This document shows positions 46,898 through 56,900 of a stretch of 64,000 bases of DNA, piece by piece; the first letter of the stretch is position 1; the number at the start of each line of letters is the position of its first letter. This stretch comes from an uncultured Clostridia bacterium (GTDB taxonomy: Bacteria > Bacillota > Clostridia > Oscillospirales > Oscillospiraceae): positions 33,013 to 97,012 of the forward strand of contig CAMJGL010000005.1 of the NCBI GenBank assembly GCA_946405205.1, in the 5' to 3' direction. Under the pieces are notes generated by a model, which worked only from the letters and a program-made list of their open reading frames with translations, did not search any database and had not been told where the DNA came from. The position numbers were made by a program, and so were the translations under genes.

Positions 46898-47602
46898 TTA
46901 ATGGATATCTTGCAATTCCTCGTCGCTGAGGTACCTCCAGTGCCCTGTTTCGAGCGTACCGAGCTGAAGGGGACCCTCGGAAACTCTTTTCAGCCTGTTG
47001 AGCTTCACCCCGGCCACCTGGCACATCTTTCTTATCTGCCGGTTTCGTCCCTCGTGTATGGTTATTGACAGCATGGTGTAATCCGAGCTTTTATGCAGGA
47101 TCTCAATCTCCGCGGGGCGTATCCTGTAGCCGTCTATGGTCATAGGACCGCGGAGAATGCCAAGGGAGCGTTCACTGCATTCACCCTCGAGCCAAGCGTG
47201 ATACGTTTTTTTGATCTCGGCCGATGGATGCATAAGGCGGTTAGCCAGTTCTCCGTCGTCCGTCATGATGAGCAGCCCCTCGGAGTACATATCAAGCCTG
47301 CCCACGGGATACAGCCGGACGCCTGCGCCGCTGACCAGATCGTTTACGCAGCGGCGGCCTTTTTCGTCCTTCAGCGTAGTGACATAGCCCCGCGGCTTAT
47401 TGAGCATTATGTAGGTCTTTTTTGCCGGACGGCATAGGGGTTTGCCGTCCACGCAAATAGTATCCGTATCGGCATCGGCACTGTCGCCCAAGGCAGCGGT
47501 CGCTCCGTTCACGGTGACTCTGCCGCTGCGCAGCAGCTCCTCTCCCGCCCTTCTGGAGGCAAGGCCGGAAGCCGAGATGATTTTCTGGATTCGTTCTTTC
47601 AC
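46898..47602 (-). CDS. rluB: rRNA pseudouridine synthase, RsuA/RluB family
   Basis: 234 aa. S4 domain at the N-terminus and catalytic PVGRLD motif. Confidence 0.85.
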   Translation of the reverse strand: MKERIQKIISASGLASRRAGEELLRSGRVTVNGATAALGDSADADTDTICVDGKPLCRPAKKTYIMLNKPRGYVTTLKDEKGRRCVNDLVSGAGVRLYPVGRLDMYSEGLLIMTDDGELANRLMHPSAEIKKTYHAWLEGECSERSLGILRGPMTIDGYRIRPAEIEILHKSSDYTMLSITIHEGRNRQIRKMCQVAGVKLNRLKRVSEGPLQLGTLETGHWRYLSDEELQDIH

Positions 47603-48735
47603 GTCTGTTCACCCGAAATATAATACGGCCTCAATACAGAATCGAACCATCTTCCGAACCGCTCCTGTATTGTCAATCGCCGGTCATTATTCTGCTTTAC
47701 GTTATCAGTATAAACCAGATTCTCGCTTGCCGCAAGCTCCCCGTTTACGAATACATGGATCTCGCCGACTTTTTCACCCTTTATCCCGCCGGCGAACAGT
47801 ATCCTCGGCGCTTCCAGCTTCACATCGATCTCATCTTTGGGCTTTACAAGGAGTTTTATATCGTTTTCAGGTACAGCATCGGCAGTTCCCTTTGTTGCAG
47901 AGGCAACGTCAAGACTCACCTTGAAATTATTGTCGCTGTACGCCGCCATTCTGTAATCCTCAAAGCCCATATCGAGCAAATATCTGTGGTCGTTCCAGTC
48001 GTCGGGAGCGTTCAGCGTGACGCATACAAGGCGCATGCCGTTTCTCTCCGCACAGCTTACGAGTGTCCTTCCCGCGGCCATAGTATAGCCGGTCTTAACG
48101 CCTATACAGCCCTCATACTCGCGCAGCAGTCTGTTGTGATTGACATATGTCTGATCCTTGACTGATGCACAGCTTTCGGAAACTATTTTTCTAAACTCCT
48201 CGTTTTCCATGCAATAGCTGGTCAATATCGCCATGTCCCGCGCCGTGGAATAATGCTCAGGGTCGTCAAGGCCGTGGGGATTTCTGAATGAGCTGTTTTC
48301 CATCCCGAGTTCTTTGGCTTTTTCATTCATTTTCACCGCAAATGAGGGCTCGTCGCCGCACATACTGCACGCAAGAGCCGTTGCCGCGTCGTTGCCGGAC
48401 ACGAGCATCAGTCCCGTCAGCAGCTCAGATACAGTGTAATACTCGTCGGGCTTCAGATACATGCTCGAGCCCTCGACCGCGCTCCACTCGGGCCTGATTT
48501 TTATCTGTTCATCCAAGTCGCAGTTTTCAATTACGATGATAGCTGTCATTATCTTGGTTATGCTGGCTATCAGCATTTTGTCGTCCGCGTTTTTCTCATA
48601 AAGTACGTCGCCCGTATCTGCGCATACAAGTATCGCGCTCTGTGCGCTCAGCTCGTACTCGTCGGCATGTGCCGCGGCAGCCGGCAGGCAGAGCGCACAG
48701 CAAATACATAACAACAGCGATAATAGTTTTTTCAT
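47599..48735 (-). CDS. D-alanyl-D-alanine carboxypeptidase (PBP5 type, serine)
   Basis: 378 aa. Signal peptide, SITK (SxxK), SGN and KTG motifs, and a C-terminal beta domain. Confidence 0.85.
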   Translation of the reverse strand: MKKLLSLLLCICCALCLPAAAAHADEYELSAQSAILVCADTGDVLYEKNADDKMLIASITKIMTAIIVIENCDLDEQIKIRPEWSAVEGSSMYLKPDEYYTVSELLTGLMLVSGNDAATALACSMCGDEPSFAVKMNEKAKELGMENSSFRNPHGLDDPEHYSTARDMAILTSYCMENEEFRKIVSESCASVKDQTYVNHNRLLREYEGCIGVKTGYTMAAGRTLVSCAERNGMRLVCVTLNAPDDWNDHRYLLDMGFEDYRMAAYSDNNFKVSLDVASATKGTADAVPENDIKLLVKPKDEIDVKLEAPRILFAGGIKGEKVGEIHVFVNGELAASENLVYTDNVKQNNDRRLTIQERFGRWFDSVLRPYYISGEQT

Positions 48736-48789
48736 AAAATAAACACCACCTTTACAGGTAGTGTTTATTATTGACCCAAATTTTAAATT

Positions 48790-49164
48790 TTACTCCTTGT
48801 TTTTGGATGAAATACTCTCGATCTTATCCATTACATCCGGTACGAGGTCAAGCATTCTGTCAACGCTGGTCTTGGCGGGAGGCGCGATATTTATCATCCG
48901 CACGCTGCCCTCCTTGACAACAAGGAAGCCGATGGGCTCGATCTTTACTCCGGCTGCGCTGCCGCCGCCGTAGCCCTGCTTGCTGCTGCCGAGAGAATCC
49001 CCGCCCGCGCCGCCGAAGCCGAAGCTCAGCCGGGAAACGGGAATGATCGTAAGGCCGTCGGGAGTCACGATAGGCTCGCCGACGATATTGTTCACCTCAA
49101 CAAGGTTCTTGATATTGCTCATTGTTGACTGCATCATTTCGCTGAGTTTGTTGTTTTCCATCAT
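48790..49164 (-). CDS. ytfJ: sporulation protein YtfJ/GerW family
   Basis: EPIVTPDGLTIIPVSRLSFGFGGAGG motif. Start at MMENNK (49164) with GGAGAGGAAGG upstream. The longest ORF starts at 49206. Confidence 0.8.
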   Translation of the reverse strand: MMENNKLSEMMQSTMSNIKNLVEVNNIVGEPIVTPDGLTIIPVSRLSFGFGGAGGDSLGSSKQGYGGGSAAGVKIEPIGFLVVKEGSVRMINIAPPAKTSVDRMLDLVPDVMDKIESISSKNKE

Positions 49165-49774
49165 GTGCCTTCCTCTCCCGTAATTGTTTAAGTTTGCGCT
49201 TTGCAAGCAGCTTCAAAAATGCAAAACCGGCTGCCAGCGCGATCACAAGCAATTGACCGACCCTTACCGAAAGTGCGAGTTCAAACGAATAACTGCATTT
49301 TTCGGACGTCATGTCCGTATCTATAAATATGTCACGCTGTCTTACCTTAAATTCGCTTTCAAAAAACGGAGCCGCAGCCCCGACGAAGCTGTTTGCCGCA
49401 TTAAATATCCTGACTGTGTCATAAGGATCGGGCGACGCTGCGATAAAACGCAGAAATATCTTATCAAAGGTAATACTGCTTTTAAAACGCCTGAGTGCCT
49501 TGAAAACTATCTTCAGCAAGCCGCGCCACTCGTCAATGCTGAAAGGCAGTCTTATTTTGACCTTTTCGGCGCTACCGCCGTTATCCTCGGTGCTTTCAGG
49601 TTCAGGTTCGGGCTTAGGCTCACTCTCCCGCGGAAATATCTGCTTCTTATACACCGACACCCTTAGCTTGAGCATCAGACCGCCGGAGTCATAGCTTGCG
49701 GACACTCCCAAAGGTATTAGCATTATAAGCGCAAGCAGAAGGAAAATTATGACCAATACTGTCAAATGCATCAC
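49097..49774 (-). CDS. DUF2953 / YtfI-like sporulation membrane protein
   Basis: 225 aa. N-terminal TM helix and a position directly upstream of ytfJ, as in B. subtilis ytfI-ytfJ. Family call is from context and memory only. Confidence 0.55.
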   Translation of the reverse strand: MMHLTVLVIIFLLLALIMLIPLGVSASYDSGGLMLKLRVSVYKKQIFPRESEPKPEPEPESTEDNGGSAEKVKIRLPFSIDEWRGLLKIVFKALRRFKSSITFDKIFLRFIAASPDPYDTVRIFNAANSFVGAAAPFFESEFKVRQRDIFIDTDMTSEKCSYSFELALSVRVGQLLVIALAAGFAFLKLLAKRKLKQLRERKAHDGKQQTQRNDAVNNEQYQEPC

Positions 49775-49783
49775 CCCGAGGCT

Positions 49784-50386
49784 TTATTTCAGTTCCTCGA
49801 TCTCCATCTGGTTTTCGCCGACCGTACTAAGCTTATCGATCGCGTCTTCAAGCTTTTTCACGCCGTCGCCCGATGATATGTCCGGCAGCTCAGGAAGCTC
49901 GTCAAGGCTGCTGACGCCCATGGTGCGCAGAAAAACATCGGTCGTCCGCAAAAGCGATGGTCTGCCCGGCACATCCAGCTTACCGCAGCGCTCAATCAGT
50001 CCCCTGTCGAGCAAAACTCCCACTGTATAGGAGCTGTCAACACCGCGCACCTGATCGATATACGCACGGGTCACGGGCTGAAAATACGCAACGACCGCCA
50101 GTGTTTCAAGCGCCGGCTGAGAGAGCATCGGCGGCTTACGCTGCTCGAGCGTCTTTGTTATTACCGCGGCATATTCCGGCGATGAGCAAAGCTGAAGCTT
50201 ATTCTCAAGCCTGAGAAGCCTTATCCCGCGCTGCTCGAAGCTGTATTCATCCGAAAGCTCCTTTGCAGCCGCGAAAACATACGCCTCGTCTACGCCGAGG
50301 ATAAGCGATATTCTCGCCGCAGGAACCGGTTCGCCCGCCGCAAAAAGTATTGCCTCAATTGCCGATTTAATATTCACTGTTTCCAT
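49784..50386 (-). CDS. scpB: SMC-Scp complex subunit ScpB
   Basis: 200 aa. IEAILFAAGEPV start and two winged-helix repeats. Confidence 0.9.
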   Translation of the reverse strand: METVNIKSAIEAILFAAGEPVPAARISLILGVDEAYVFAAAKELSDEYSFEQRGIRLLRLENKLQLCSSPEYAAVITKTLEQRKPPMLSQPALETLAVVAYFQPVTRAYIDQVRGVDSSYTVGVLLDRGLIERCGKLDVPGRPSLLRTTDVFLRTMGVSSLDELPELPDISSGDGVKKLEDAIDKLSTVGENQMEIEELK

Positions 50387-50394
50387 TTTATATC

Positions 50395-51177
50395 CTACTC
50401 AACGATATTTTCAAGTATTTCATCAATATTGCCGCCGACAAACTTTACGCTGTAGTCGCTCTCGTCGCCGCTGAGCTCGATGCTGCCCATGCTGCACAGC
50501 TCAAGCACGGATATAAAGGTGGCAACGATCTCGGAACGGCTGCCGCAGGCGGAATACAGCTCCGAGAGCCTCGCCTCGCCCTGACGGAGCCTGTTTATTA
50601 TCTCACGGCTTTTTGTCTTAACCTCGTAAACGATGCGCGACGGCGCGATCCTTCGCGCAAGCTCCGGCTCAAGGGGTTTTCCGCCTCGGGTAACGACGGC
50701 GTAGAGGGCCTTGAAAAGATCCGCCGGCTCATGACGGTACTCATACTCGCGTGTGGTTCTCGGCAGAGGCTCCGGCGTCTTTGCAATGTAAAGCAGTCCC
50801 CTTTCGGACGCTTTTTTCAGCTCTGGCGTCACCTTCTGAACGGCCGCATACACATCTCTGCACTTGAGCTGCTCCAATGAGCTTATGAGTTCTTCAAGCT
50901 CGCTTACCTCTTTTTCTCCGGCAAGCAGCGTTTTTGTCTTGATATACAGCAGATGCGAAGCCATCTGAACAAACTCGCTTGCGATCTCAAGATCCATTCT
51001 TTCCATTTCGGCCAGATACTCAAGATACTGGTCGAGGATCTCGGAGATCTTGATATCGCGTATCTCTATTTTGTTTTTTGACAGGAGCATAAGTATCAGG
51101 CTGAGCGGACCGTTAAAGTCCTGAAGCTCGTTTTTATCCTTAACTATGCCCTCAAGGTAAAAGGTCGGATTTTCCAT
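50395..51177 (-). CDS. scpA: segregation and condensation protein A
   Basis: Starts MENPTFYLEGIVKDKNELQDFNGPLSLIL (51177). The ORF-track extension to 51246 overlaps the upstream gene and is judged an artefact. Confidence 0.9.
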   Translation of the reverse strand: MENPTFYLEGIVKDKNELQDFNGPLSLILMLLSKNKIEIRDIKISEILDQYLEYLAEMERMDLEIASEFVQMASHLLYIKTKTLLAGEKEVSELEELISSLEQLKCRDVYAAVQKVTPELKKASERGLLYIAKTPEPLPRTTREYEYRHEPADLFKALYAVVTRGGKPLEPELARRIAPSRIVYEVKTKSREIINRLRQGEARLSELYSACGSRSEIVATFISVLELCSMGSIELSGDESDYSVKFVGGNIDEILENIVE

Positions 51178-51178
51178 A

Positions 51179-51880
51179 TCAGTAGAACAGGCTGACTGAC
51201 AGAGCAGAGCCCCACTCGGCAAAAATAAACAGCTTATCGAACACAAATTGCGTTACGGCATACAGCGGGTTTCCGAGAACGTCCGTCACTATCAGCATCA
51301 GAAGCAGCAGCATACCATAGCGCTCATAGCGCATGAGCTTCATATAGCTCTCATCGTTCATCAGTGAAAACAGCACCTTGGAGCCGTCAAGCGGCGGTAT
51401 GGGGATTATGTTGAAAACTGCAAGGGCAATGCTTAAATATGCCGTTATGTAAACCGCATACAGGAGCGACCTTGCAAACTCCGTACCGGCAAGATTGCAG
51501 GGCAGATACACGAGGCCGTAAATGAACAGCACGACGCAGCATATCAGCACATTGGATAACGGACCGGCAAGAGCGGTTATCGCCATATCGCGCTTTGGGT
51601 TTTTGAAGTTTCGCATATTGACCGGCACGGGCTTTGCCCATCCGAATTTTAATACGACCATCATGATAAGGCCGAAAATATCGATATGCTTAATTGGGTT
51701 GAGAGTTAGCCTGCCCATGCTCTTTGCCGTATTATCCCCGAGCTTATAGGCCACGAAGCCGTGGCTGAGCTCATGCAGGGTTATGCATATAAGCGCCGGA
51801 ATGACAGCCAGCAGCATATCGGTCAGCACAGACCAGTTAAGGTTTCTTATCACATCGGAAAAGGAGCTTGTGTTAAACAT
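51179..51880 (-). CDS. site-2 protease family (peptidase M50) membrane protein
   Basis: 233 aa, polytopic. HELSHG zinc motif and IPIPPLDGS second motif. Confidence 0.8.
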   Translation of the reverse strand: MFNTSSFSDVIRNLNWSVLTDMLLAVIPALICITLHELSHGFVAYKLGDNTAKSMGRLTLNPIKHIDIFGLIMMVVLKFGWAKPVPVNMRNFKNPKRDMAITALAGPLSNVLICCVVLFIYGLVYLPCNLAGTEFARSLLYAVYITAYLSIALAVFNIIPIPPLDGSKVLFSLMNDESYMKLMRYERYGMLLLLMLIVTDVLGNPLYAVTQFVFDKLFIFAEWGSALSVSLFY

Positions 51881-52463
51881 ACTTTAGTATCTCCGCCATC
51901 AATGCATCCTTGCCGTTTCCCTTCTCTGCGGAAAACGGAATGAGAACGACTTCATCGGGAAGCTCAAGCGTTTCGCGTATGAGAGCCATATTGGGCTCGA
52001 TCTCGCTTTTTTTGAGCTTATCGCATTTATTTGCAACAACGACCATGGGGCATTGCGTGCTTTTGAACCACTGCGCCATGGTCACGTCATCAGCGGTAGG
52101 CTTATGGCGGGAGTCAACTATCATAACTCCGAGGTCGATGAGCCCCTCAGCCGCGAAAAAACGCTCCATGAGCTTGCCCCAGCGCTCACGCTCTTTCATC
52201 GAGACCTTTGCGTAGCCGTATCCGGGCAGATCGACAAAATAAGCCTTTCCGTCAATGAGAAAGTAGTTTACATGTATCGTCTTGCCCGGCGACTGCCCCA
52301 CTCTGGCAAAATTTTTGCGGTTTAACAGCCTGTTGATGACCGATGATTTTCCCACGTTTGATTTGCCTGAAAACACAATGTTCGGAAGCTCATCGCGTAT
52401 AAAACCCGCGGGATCTGCGGCGGATTTTATAAACTCCGCCTTGTTTACGTTAAAATTAGCCAT
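51873..52463 (-). CDS. engB: ribosome biogenesis GTP-binding protein YsxC/EngB
   Basis: 196 aa. GKSNVGKSS, DLPGYG and NKCDK GTPase motifs. Confidence 0.9.
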   Translation of the reverse strand: MANFNVNKAEFIKSAADPAGFIRDELPNIVFSGKSNVGKSSVINRLLNRKNFARVGQSPGKTIHVNYFLIDGKAYFVDLPGYGYAKVSMKERERWGKLMERFFAAEGLIDLGVMIVDSRHKPTADDVTMAQWFKSTQCPMVVVANKCDKLKKSEIEPNMALIRETLELPDEVVLIPFSAEKGNGKDALMAEILKYV

Positions 52464-52471
52464 GCTGCACC

Positions 52472-54874
52472 TTACTGTCTGAGGCCGGGCCTTGATTTCT
52501 TACCGGCAACCGGTATTATGACCTCTGCTTTCGCCTCTTCCTCATGCCTGACAAGCGCGGCTTCCAGTACCTTATCCACCTTATCCGCCAGCACGAAATT
52601 GAGAGCCGCCCTTACAGTAGGGTCGATCTCGGCAAGATCCGGCTCATTATCCGCGGGGACAATGACCGTATTGACGCCGTTTCTGAGCGCCGCCATGGTC
52701 TTTTCCTTGAGCCCTCCTATGGGTAGGACTCTGCCTCGCAGGCTGATCTCGCCCGTCATTGCGATATCGCGCCGCACGGGGGTGCCGGTAAGCGCCGATA
52801 CGATGGCAGTGCAGATGGTAACGCCCGCCGAAGGCCCGTCCTTCGGTACCGCGCCCTCGGGGAAATGAATGTGGATATCCTTTGTTTTGTAAAAATCTGC
52901 GTCTATGCCAAGCTTTGACGCGCGGCTCCTGATATACGTCACCGCCGCGTGGCAGGATTCCTTCATTACATCGCCGAGGTTGCCGGTCAGCTCAAGCTTT
53001 CCGTTTCCGTCAACGACGGCGACTTCAACGTCGAGGACCTCGCCGCCGACGCTCGTCCACGCCAGACCGCGTACAAGTCCGACCTCGTCCCTCATGTGCT
53101 TTTGCTCGGGCTTGAACTTAACGGCGCCGAGGTACGGCTGCAGGGCTCCTGCGCGAAGGCTCAGGCTTTTGCGCTCGCCGTTTGCGATGGAGACAGCGGC
53201 CTTACGGCACACCGTGGCGATCTGCCGTTCAAGCCCTCGGACGCCGGACTCGCGGGTATAAAGGCTTATTATCTCGCGGATGGCATCATCGCTGAGCTTG
53301 AGCTGTGCGGCCTTTAAGCCATGCTTTTTGCGCTGCTTGGGCAGCAGATAATTCTTTGCTATGCTGAGCTTTTCCTCATCCGTATAGCTTGACAGCTCAA
53401 TGATCTCCATTCTGTCCATCAGGGCTCTGGGAATGGTATCGGTGGTGTTTGCCGTGGTTATGAAGAAAACGTCGGAAAGGTCGTACGGCAGCTCAAGATA
53501 GTTATCCCGGAAAGTGGAGTTCTGCTCGGGATCGAGGGCCTCGAGAAGCGCCGCCGAAGGGTCTCCCCTGTAATCCGAGCCGAGCTTGTCGATCTCATCA
53601 AGGACCATAAGCGGATTTGAGCTCTTTGCCTGGCGGATGCCGCCGATTATCCTGCCCGGCATCGCACCGACATAGGTTTTTCTGTGCCCGCGTATCTCGG
53701 CTTCATCGTGGACACCGCCGAGAGATATACGGACGAGCTTGCGGTTCGTGGCTCTTGCTATGCTCATCGCGATGCTTGTCTTGCCTGTTCCCGGAGGGCC
53801 GACGAGGCACAGTAGGCTGCTGTTCATTTTCGGTGCAAGCTGACGCACGGCAAGATACTCGATCACGCGCTCTTTTACCTTTTCGAGGCCGAAATGATCC
53901 TCGTCAAGCATTTTTCTCGCCGCGGCGATGTCGTTTGTTTCCTCGGTCTTGACGTTCCAGGGCAGCTCAAGGCAGGTGTCAAGATAGCCTCTGATAACGG
54001 TGGCCTCTGTCGAGCCGAAGGGCTGCTTTGCAAGGTGCGATACCTCTTTCAGCAGCTTTTCCTCCACCTCCGCAGGCAGGCTCAGCTCGCGTATCTTTGC
54101 TCTGTATTCGCCGATATCGTCAAAGCTGTCGTCCTCGCCGAGCTCCTGCTGGATGACCTTCATCTGCTCACGCAGATAATAATCCCGCTGATTTCGATTG
54201 ACCTGTTCGTTGGTCGCATCGTTGAGCTCCTGCTCGAAGCTCATCACGTTCAGCTCATGGTTGAGCAGCTCTATAAGCTTTTCGAGTCTTTTTGATGGCT
54301 GCAGCTCCTCAAGAAGCTTCTGCTTGTCCCTGTAATCGAAACGCACATTCTGCGAAATATAGTTGCTGACAAAGGCCGGGTCGCGGCTGATAACGAGGTT
54401 GAGCAGCATTTCCGGGGCCATGTTGCCCGAAAGCTGAACATATTCGTCAAAGAGATTGACGGCAGTACGCATAAGTGCCTCGCGCTTATCGGGGTCAATG
54501 CGCTCGGGCTTGTCGGGCACACGCTCTATCATGCCCATAAAATACGGCTGATCGGATATGAACTCGGATATTATTCCCCTGTGGATACCCTCGGCCATCA
54601 CCTTGCAGAGCTTGCCGCCGGGCTGACGGACCATCTGGCGGATACGGCAGACCATGCCGTACTTGTACAGATCGTCAGCTTCGGGCAGGTCGGTCGATAT
54701 ATCCTTCTGTGTTACGAGGAATATCTCCTGATCGGCGCCGGCCGCACAGTTGAGCGCAGCAAGTGACGCGGGACGCTCAACATCGAAGCTGAGGAGCATA
54801 CCCGGAAATATGTTAAGACCGCGCAGAGCCAGAATAGGCAATGCTCGGGTTTCTGTTCTGATTGTGTTACTCAT
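52472..54874 (-). CDS. lon: endopeptidase La (Lon protease)
   Basis: 800 aa. LON N-terminal domain, GPPGTGKTS AAA+ motif, and PKDGPSAG catalytic Ser motif. Confidence 0.95.
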   Translation of the reverse strand: MSNTIRTETRALPILALRGLNIFPGMLLSFDVERPASLAALNCAAGADQEIFLVTQKDISTDLPEADDLYKYGMVCRIRQMVRQPGGKLCKVMAEGIHRGIISEFISDQPYFMGMIERVPDKPERIDPDKREALMRTAVNLFDEYVQLSGNMAPEMLLNLVISRDPAFVSNYISQNVRFDYRDKQKLLEELQPSKRLEKLIELLNHELNVMSFEQELNDATNEQVNRNQRDYYLREQMKVIQQELGEDDSFDDIGEYRAKIRELSLPAEVEEKLLKEVSHLAKQPFGSTEATVIRGYLDTCLELPWNVKTEETNDIAAARKMLDEDHFGLEKVKERVIEYLAVRQLAPKMNSSLLCLVGPPGTGKTSIAMSIARATNRKLVRISLGGVHDEAEIRGHRKTYVGAMPGRIIGGIRQAKSSNPLMVLDEIDKLGSDYRGDPSAALLEALDPEQNSTFRDNYLELPYDLSDVFFITTANTTDTIPRALMDRMEIIELSSYTDEEKLSIAKNYLLPKQRKKHGLKAAQLKLSDDAIREIISLYTRESGVRGLERQIATVCRKAAVSIANGERKSLSLRAGALQPYLGAVKFKPEQKHMRDEVGLVRGLAWTSVGGEVLDVEVAVVDGNGKLELTGNLGDVMKESCHAAVTYIRSRASKLGIDADFYKTKDIHIHFPEGAVPKDGPSAGVTICTAIVSALTGTPVRRDIAMTGEISLRGRVLPIGGLKEKTMAALRNGVNTVIVPADNEPDLAEIDPTVRAALNFVLADKVDKVLEAALVRHEEEAKAEVIIPVAGKKSRPGLRQ

Positions 54875-54941
54875 ATGCTTCTCCTTCCGTGGAGTTTAAA
54901 AAGGCGCAAGACGGGACAAACGCCCCGCCTTGCTTTTATTA

Positions 54942-56183
54942 TTACTTACGTATTACGTCGGGGCTGGTGTTATTCTTCACACAGTCGGCGGTGACAATGA
55001 TCTTCTCAATGTCATTTTCTGAAGGGACGGTATACATTATGTCCGTCATTATGCTTTCCATTACGCTGCGAAGGCCGCGGGCGCCGATCTTCATCTCGAT
55101 CGCCTTGTCCGCAACGGCTTCCAGAGCGCCGGTCTCGTATTCGAGCTCGACGCCGTCATAGCTCATAAGCGCCTGATACTGCTTTGTCATGGCGTTTTTC
55201 GGCTCGGTGAGTATGCGAACGAGATCCTCGCGCTTGAGCGAGGTAAGAGGCGCGATGACCGGAAGTCTGCCGATGAGCTCGGGGATGATTCCGAACTTCA
55301 GCAGATCGTGCTGCTGTGCCTGGGCAAGAAGCTCGCCCACGTCGCGCTCTGTCGAGCTCTTTATCTCCGCGCCGAAGCCCATGCTCTTTTTGTCGGTGCG
55401 CTTCTCGATTATCTTATCAAGGCCGTCAAACGCGCCGCCGCAGATAAAGAGGATATTGGTCGTATCGACCTTTATGAACTCCTGATGCGGATGCTTGCGT
55501 CCGCCCTGAGGCGGAACATTGGCGACGGTGCCCTCGAGCAGCTTCAGCAGAGCCTGCTGAACGCCCTCGCCGGAGACGTCGCGGGTTATTGATGTATTCT
55601 CGCTTTTGCGGGCAATTTTGTCTATTTCATCGATATATATAATGCCCTTTTCTGCCCGCTCAACATCAAAATCAGCAGCCTGCAGCAGGCGAAGAAGGAT
55701 ATTCTCAACATCCTCGCCGACATAGCCGGCCTCGGTCAGAGTAGTGGCATCGGCGATCGCAAAAGGCACATTGAGCATTTTTGCAAGCGACTGCGCAAAA
55801 AGGGTCTTGCCGCTGCCCGTGGGGCCTATGAGCAGGATATTGCTTTTTTGCAGCTCAACGTCGTTGTCTCCTGCATAAAGGATGCGCTTATAGTGATTGT
55901 ACACGGCAACGGAAAGGACTTTCTTCGCTTTTTCCTGACCGACTATATATTCATCAAGATTTGCCTTGATATCCGCCGGCTTGGGCAGGTTTTCAAAATG
56001 AAGCCTGTTGCCCTCGGCGTCATGTACCACGAGCTCTTCATCGTCGGCGATTATGCTCATGCAAAGATTGATGCACTCATCGCAGATATATGCTCCGTTT
56101 CCGGCAATGAGCCTGCCGGTTTGCGCCTGTGTTTTTCCGCAAAATGAGCATCTTATGCTTTTTCTGTCGTCTGTTCTTGCCAT
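54942..56183 (-). CDS. clpX: ATP-dependent Clp protease ATP-binding subunit ClpX
   Basis: 413 aa. CSFCGK..CDEC zinc finger, GPTGSGKT, and IGF-like loop region. Confidence 0.95.
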   Translation of the reverse strand: MARTDDRKSIRCSFCGKTQAQTGRLIAGNGAYICDECINLCMSIIADDEELVVHDAEGNRLHFENLPKPADIKANLDEYIVGQEKAKKVLSVAVYNHYKRILYAGDNDVELQKSNILLIGPTGSGKTLFAQSLAKMLNVPFAIADATTLTEAGYVGEDVENILLRLLQAADFDVERAEKGIIYIDEIDKIARKSENTSITRDVSGEGVQQALLKLLEGTVANVPPQGGRKHPHQEFIKVDTTNILFICGGAFDGLDKIIEKRTDKKSMGFGAEIKSSTERDVGELLAQAQQHDLLKFGIIPELIGRLPVIAPLTSLKREDLVRILTEPKNAMTKQYQALMSYDGVELEYETGALEAVADKAIEMKIGARGLRSVMESIMTDIMYTVPSENDIEKIIVTADCVKNNTSPDVIRK

Positions 56184-56224
56184 TAGTCTACCTCAATAGT
56201 CAGGTGTTTAGCACGGTGAAAATA

Positions 56225-56247
56225 TGGGGGAACCTGATGTTCCCCCA
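56225..56247 (-). terminator. hairpin (terminator/attenuator) between clpP and clpX
   Basis: TGGGGGAAC-ATCAG-GTTCCCCCA 9-bp stem followed by TATTTTC on the minus strand. Confidence 0.5.
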
Positions 56248-56252
56248 CAAAT

Positions 56253-56834
56253 TCAGCGTTTGGTGATTACCTTATCGATAATGCCGTATTCAAGGGCCTC
56301 CTGAGCGGACATGAAGTGGTCGCGCTCGCAATCGCGTTCAACGGTCTCCACAGCCTTGCCGGTGTTCTCGGCGAGTATCCGGTTAAGATTTCTCTTTATC
56401 TTCAGGATCTGCTCGGCCTGGATCTGAATGTCGGTGCACTGACCCTTGCTGCCGCCTGAGGGCTGATGGATCATTATCTCGGCATTGGGCAGCGCAAGAC
56501 GCTTGCCCTTGGCTCCGCTTGACAGCAGAAATGCGCCCATGGACGCCGCCATGCCGATGCATATGGTTGACACATCGGGCTTGATGTACTGCATGGTGTC
56601 ATATATCGCCATGCCGGCCGTGACGCTGCCGCCGGGGCTGTTGATGTAAAACTGGATGTCCTTGTCGGGGTCCTGCGCCTCGAGATAAAGGAGCTGGGCA
56701 ACAACAAGGCTTGCGGTCGCGTCGTTCACTTCCTCGGACAGCATGATGATGCGGTCGTTGAGAAGTCTTGAAAAGATGTCGTAGGAACGCTCGCCGCGGC
56801 TCGTCTGTTCAACTACATAGGGTACTAAACTCAT
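56253..56834 (-). CDS. clpP: ATP-dependent Clp protease proteolytic subunit
   Basis: 193 aa. [11 protein letters not shown] (catalytic Ser) and HQP motifs. Confidence 0.95.
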   Translation of the reverse strand: MSLVPYVVEQTSRGERSYDIFSRLLNDRIIMLSEEVNDATASLVVAQLLYLEAQDPDKDIQFYINSPGGSVTAGMAIYDTMQYIKPDVSTICIGMAASMGAFLLSSGAKGKRLALPNAEIMIHQPSGGSKGQCTDIQIQAEQILKIKRNLNRILAENTGKAVETVERDCERDHFMSAQEALEYGIIDKVITKR

Positions 56835-56880
56835 AATAAGTCTCCTTTCGAATTATTGGCTTATCCAGGAGATCATATCC

Positions 56881-56900
56881 GAATAATCAGCTGATTATTC
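56881..56900. repeat. perfect 20-bp palindrome GAATAATCAGCTGATTATTC at the tig/clpP junction
   Basis: Verified by hand as self-complementary. Overlaps the tig stop codon (56895-56897). Lies 47 nt upstream of the clpP ATG. Confidence 0.9.

Noticed and set aside
48741-48775. Hairpin AATAAACAC..GTGTTTATT between ytfJ and the D-Ala-D-Ala carboxypeptidase gene, considered as a regulatory element.
   Set aside because: It is an AU-rich 9-bp stem whose U-run merges with the dac start codon. It is most simply a weak ytfJ terminator or partial attenuator and has no further distinguishing features.
56835-56894. Expected CtsR operator (tandem GGTCAAA-like heptads) or CIRCE element upstream of clpP, and likewise upstream of clpX and lon.
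   Set aside because: Reading both strands, I found no such heptad repeat or CIRCE-like TTAGCACTC-N9-GAGTGCTAA. Only the 20-bp palindrome reported separately is present.
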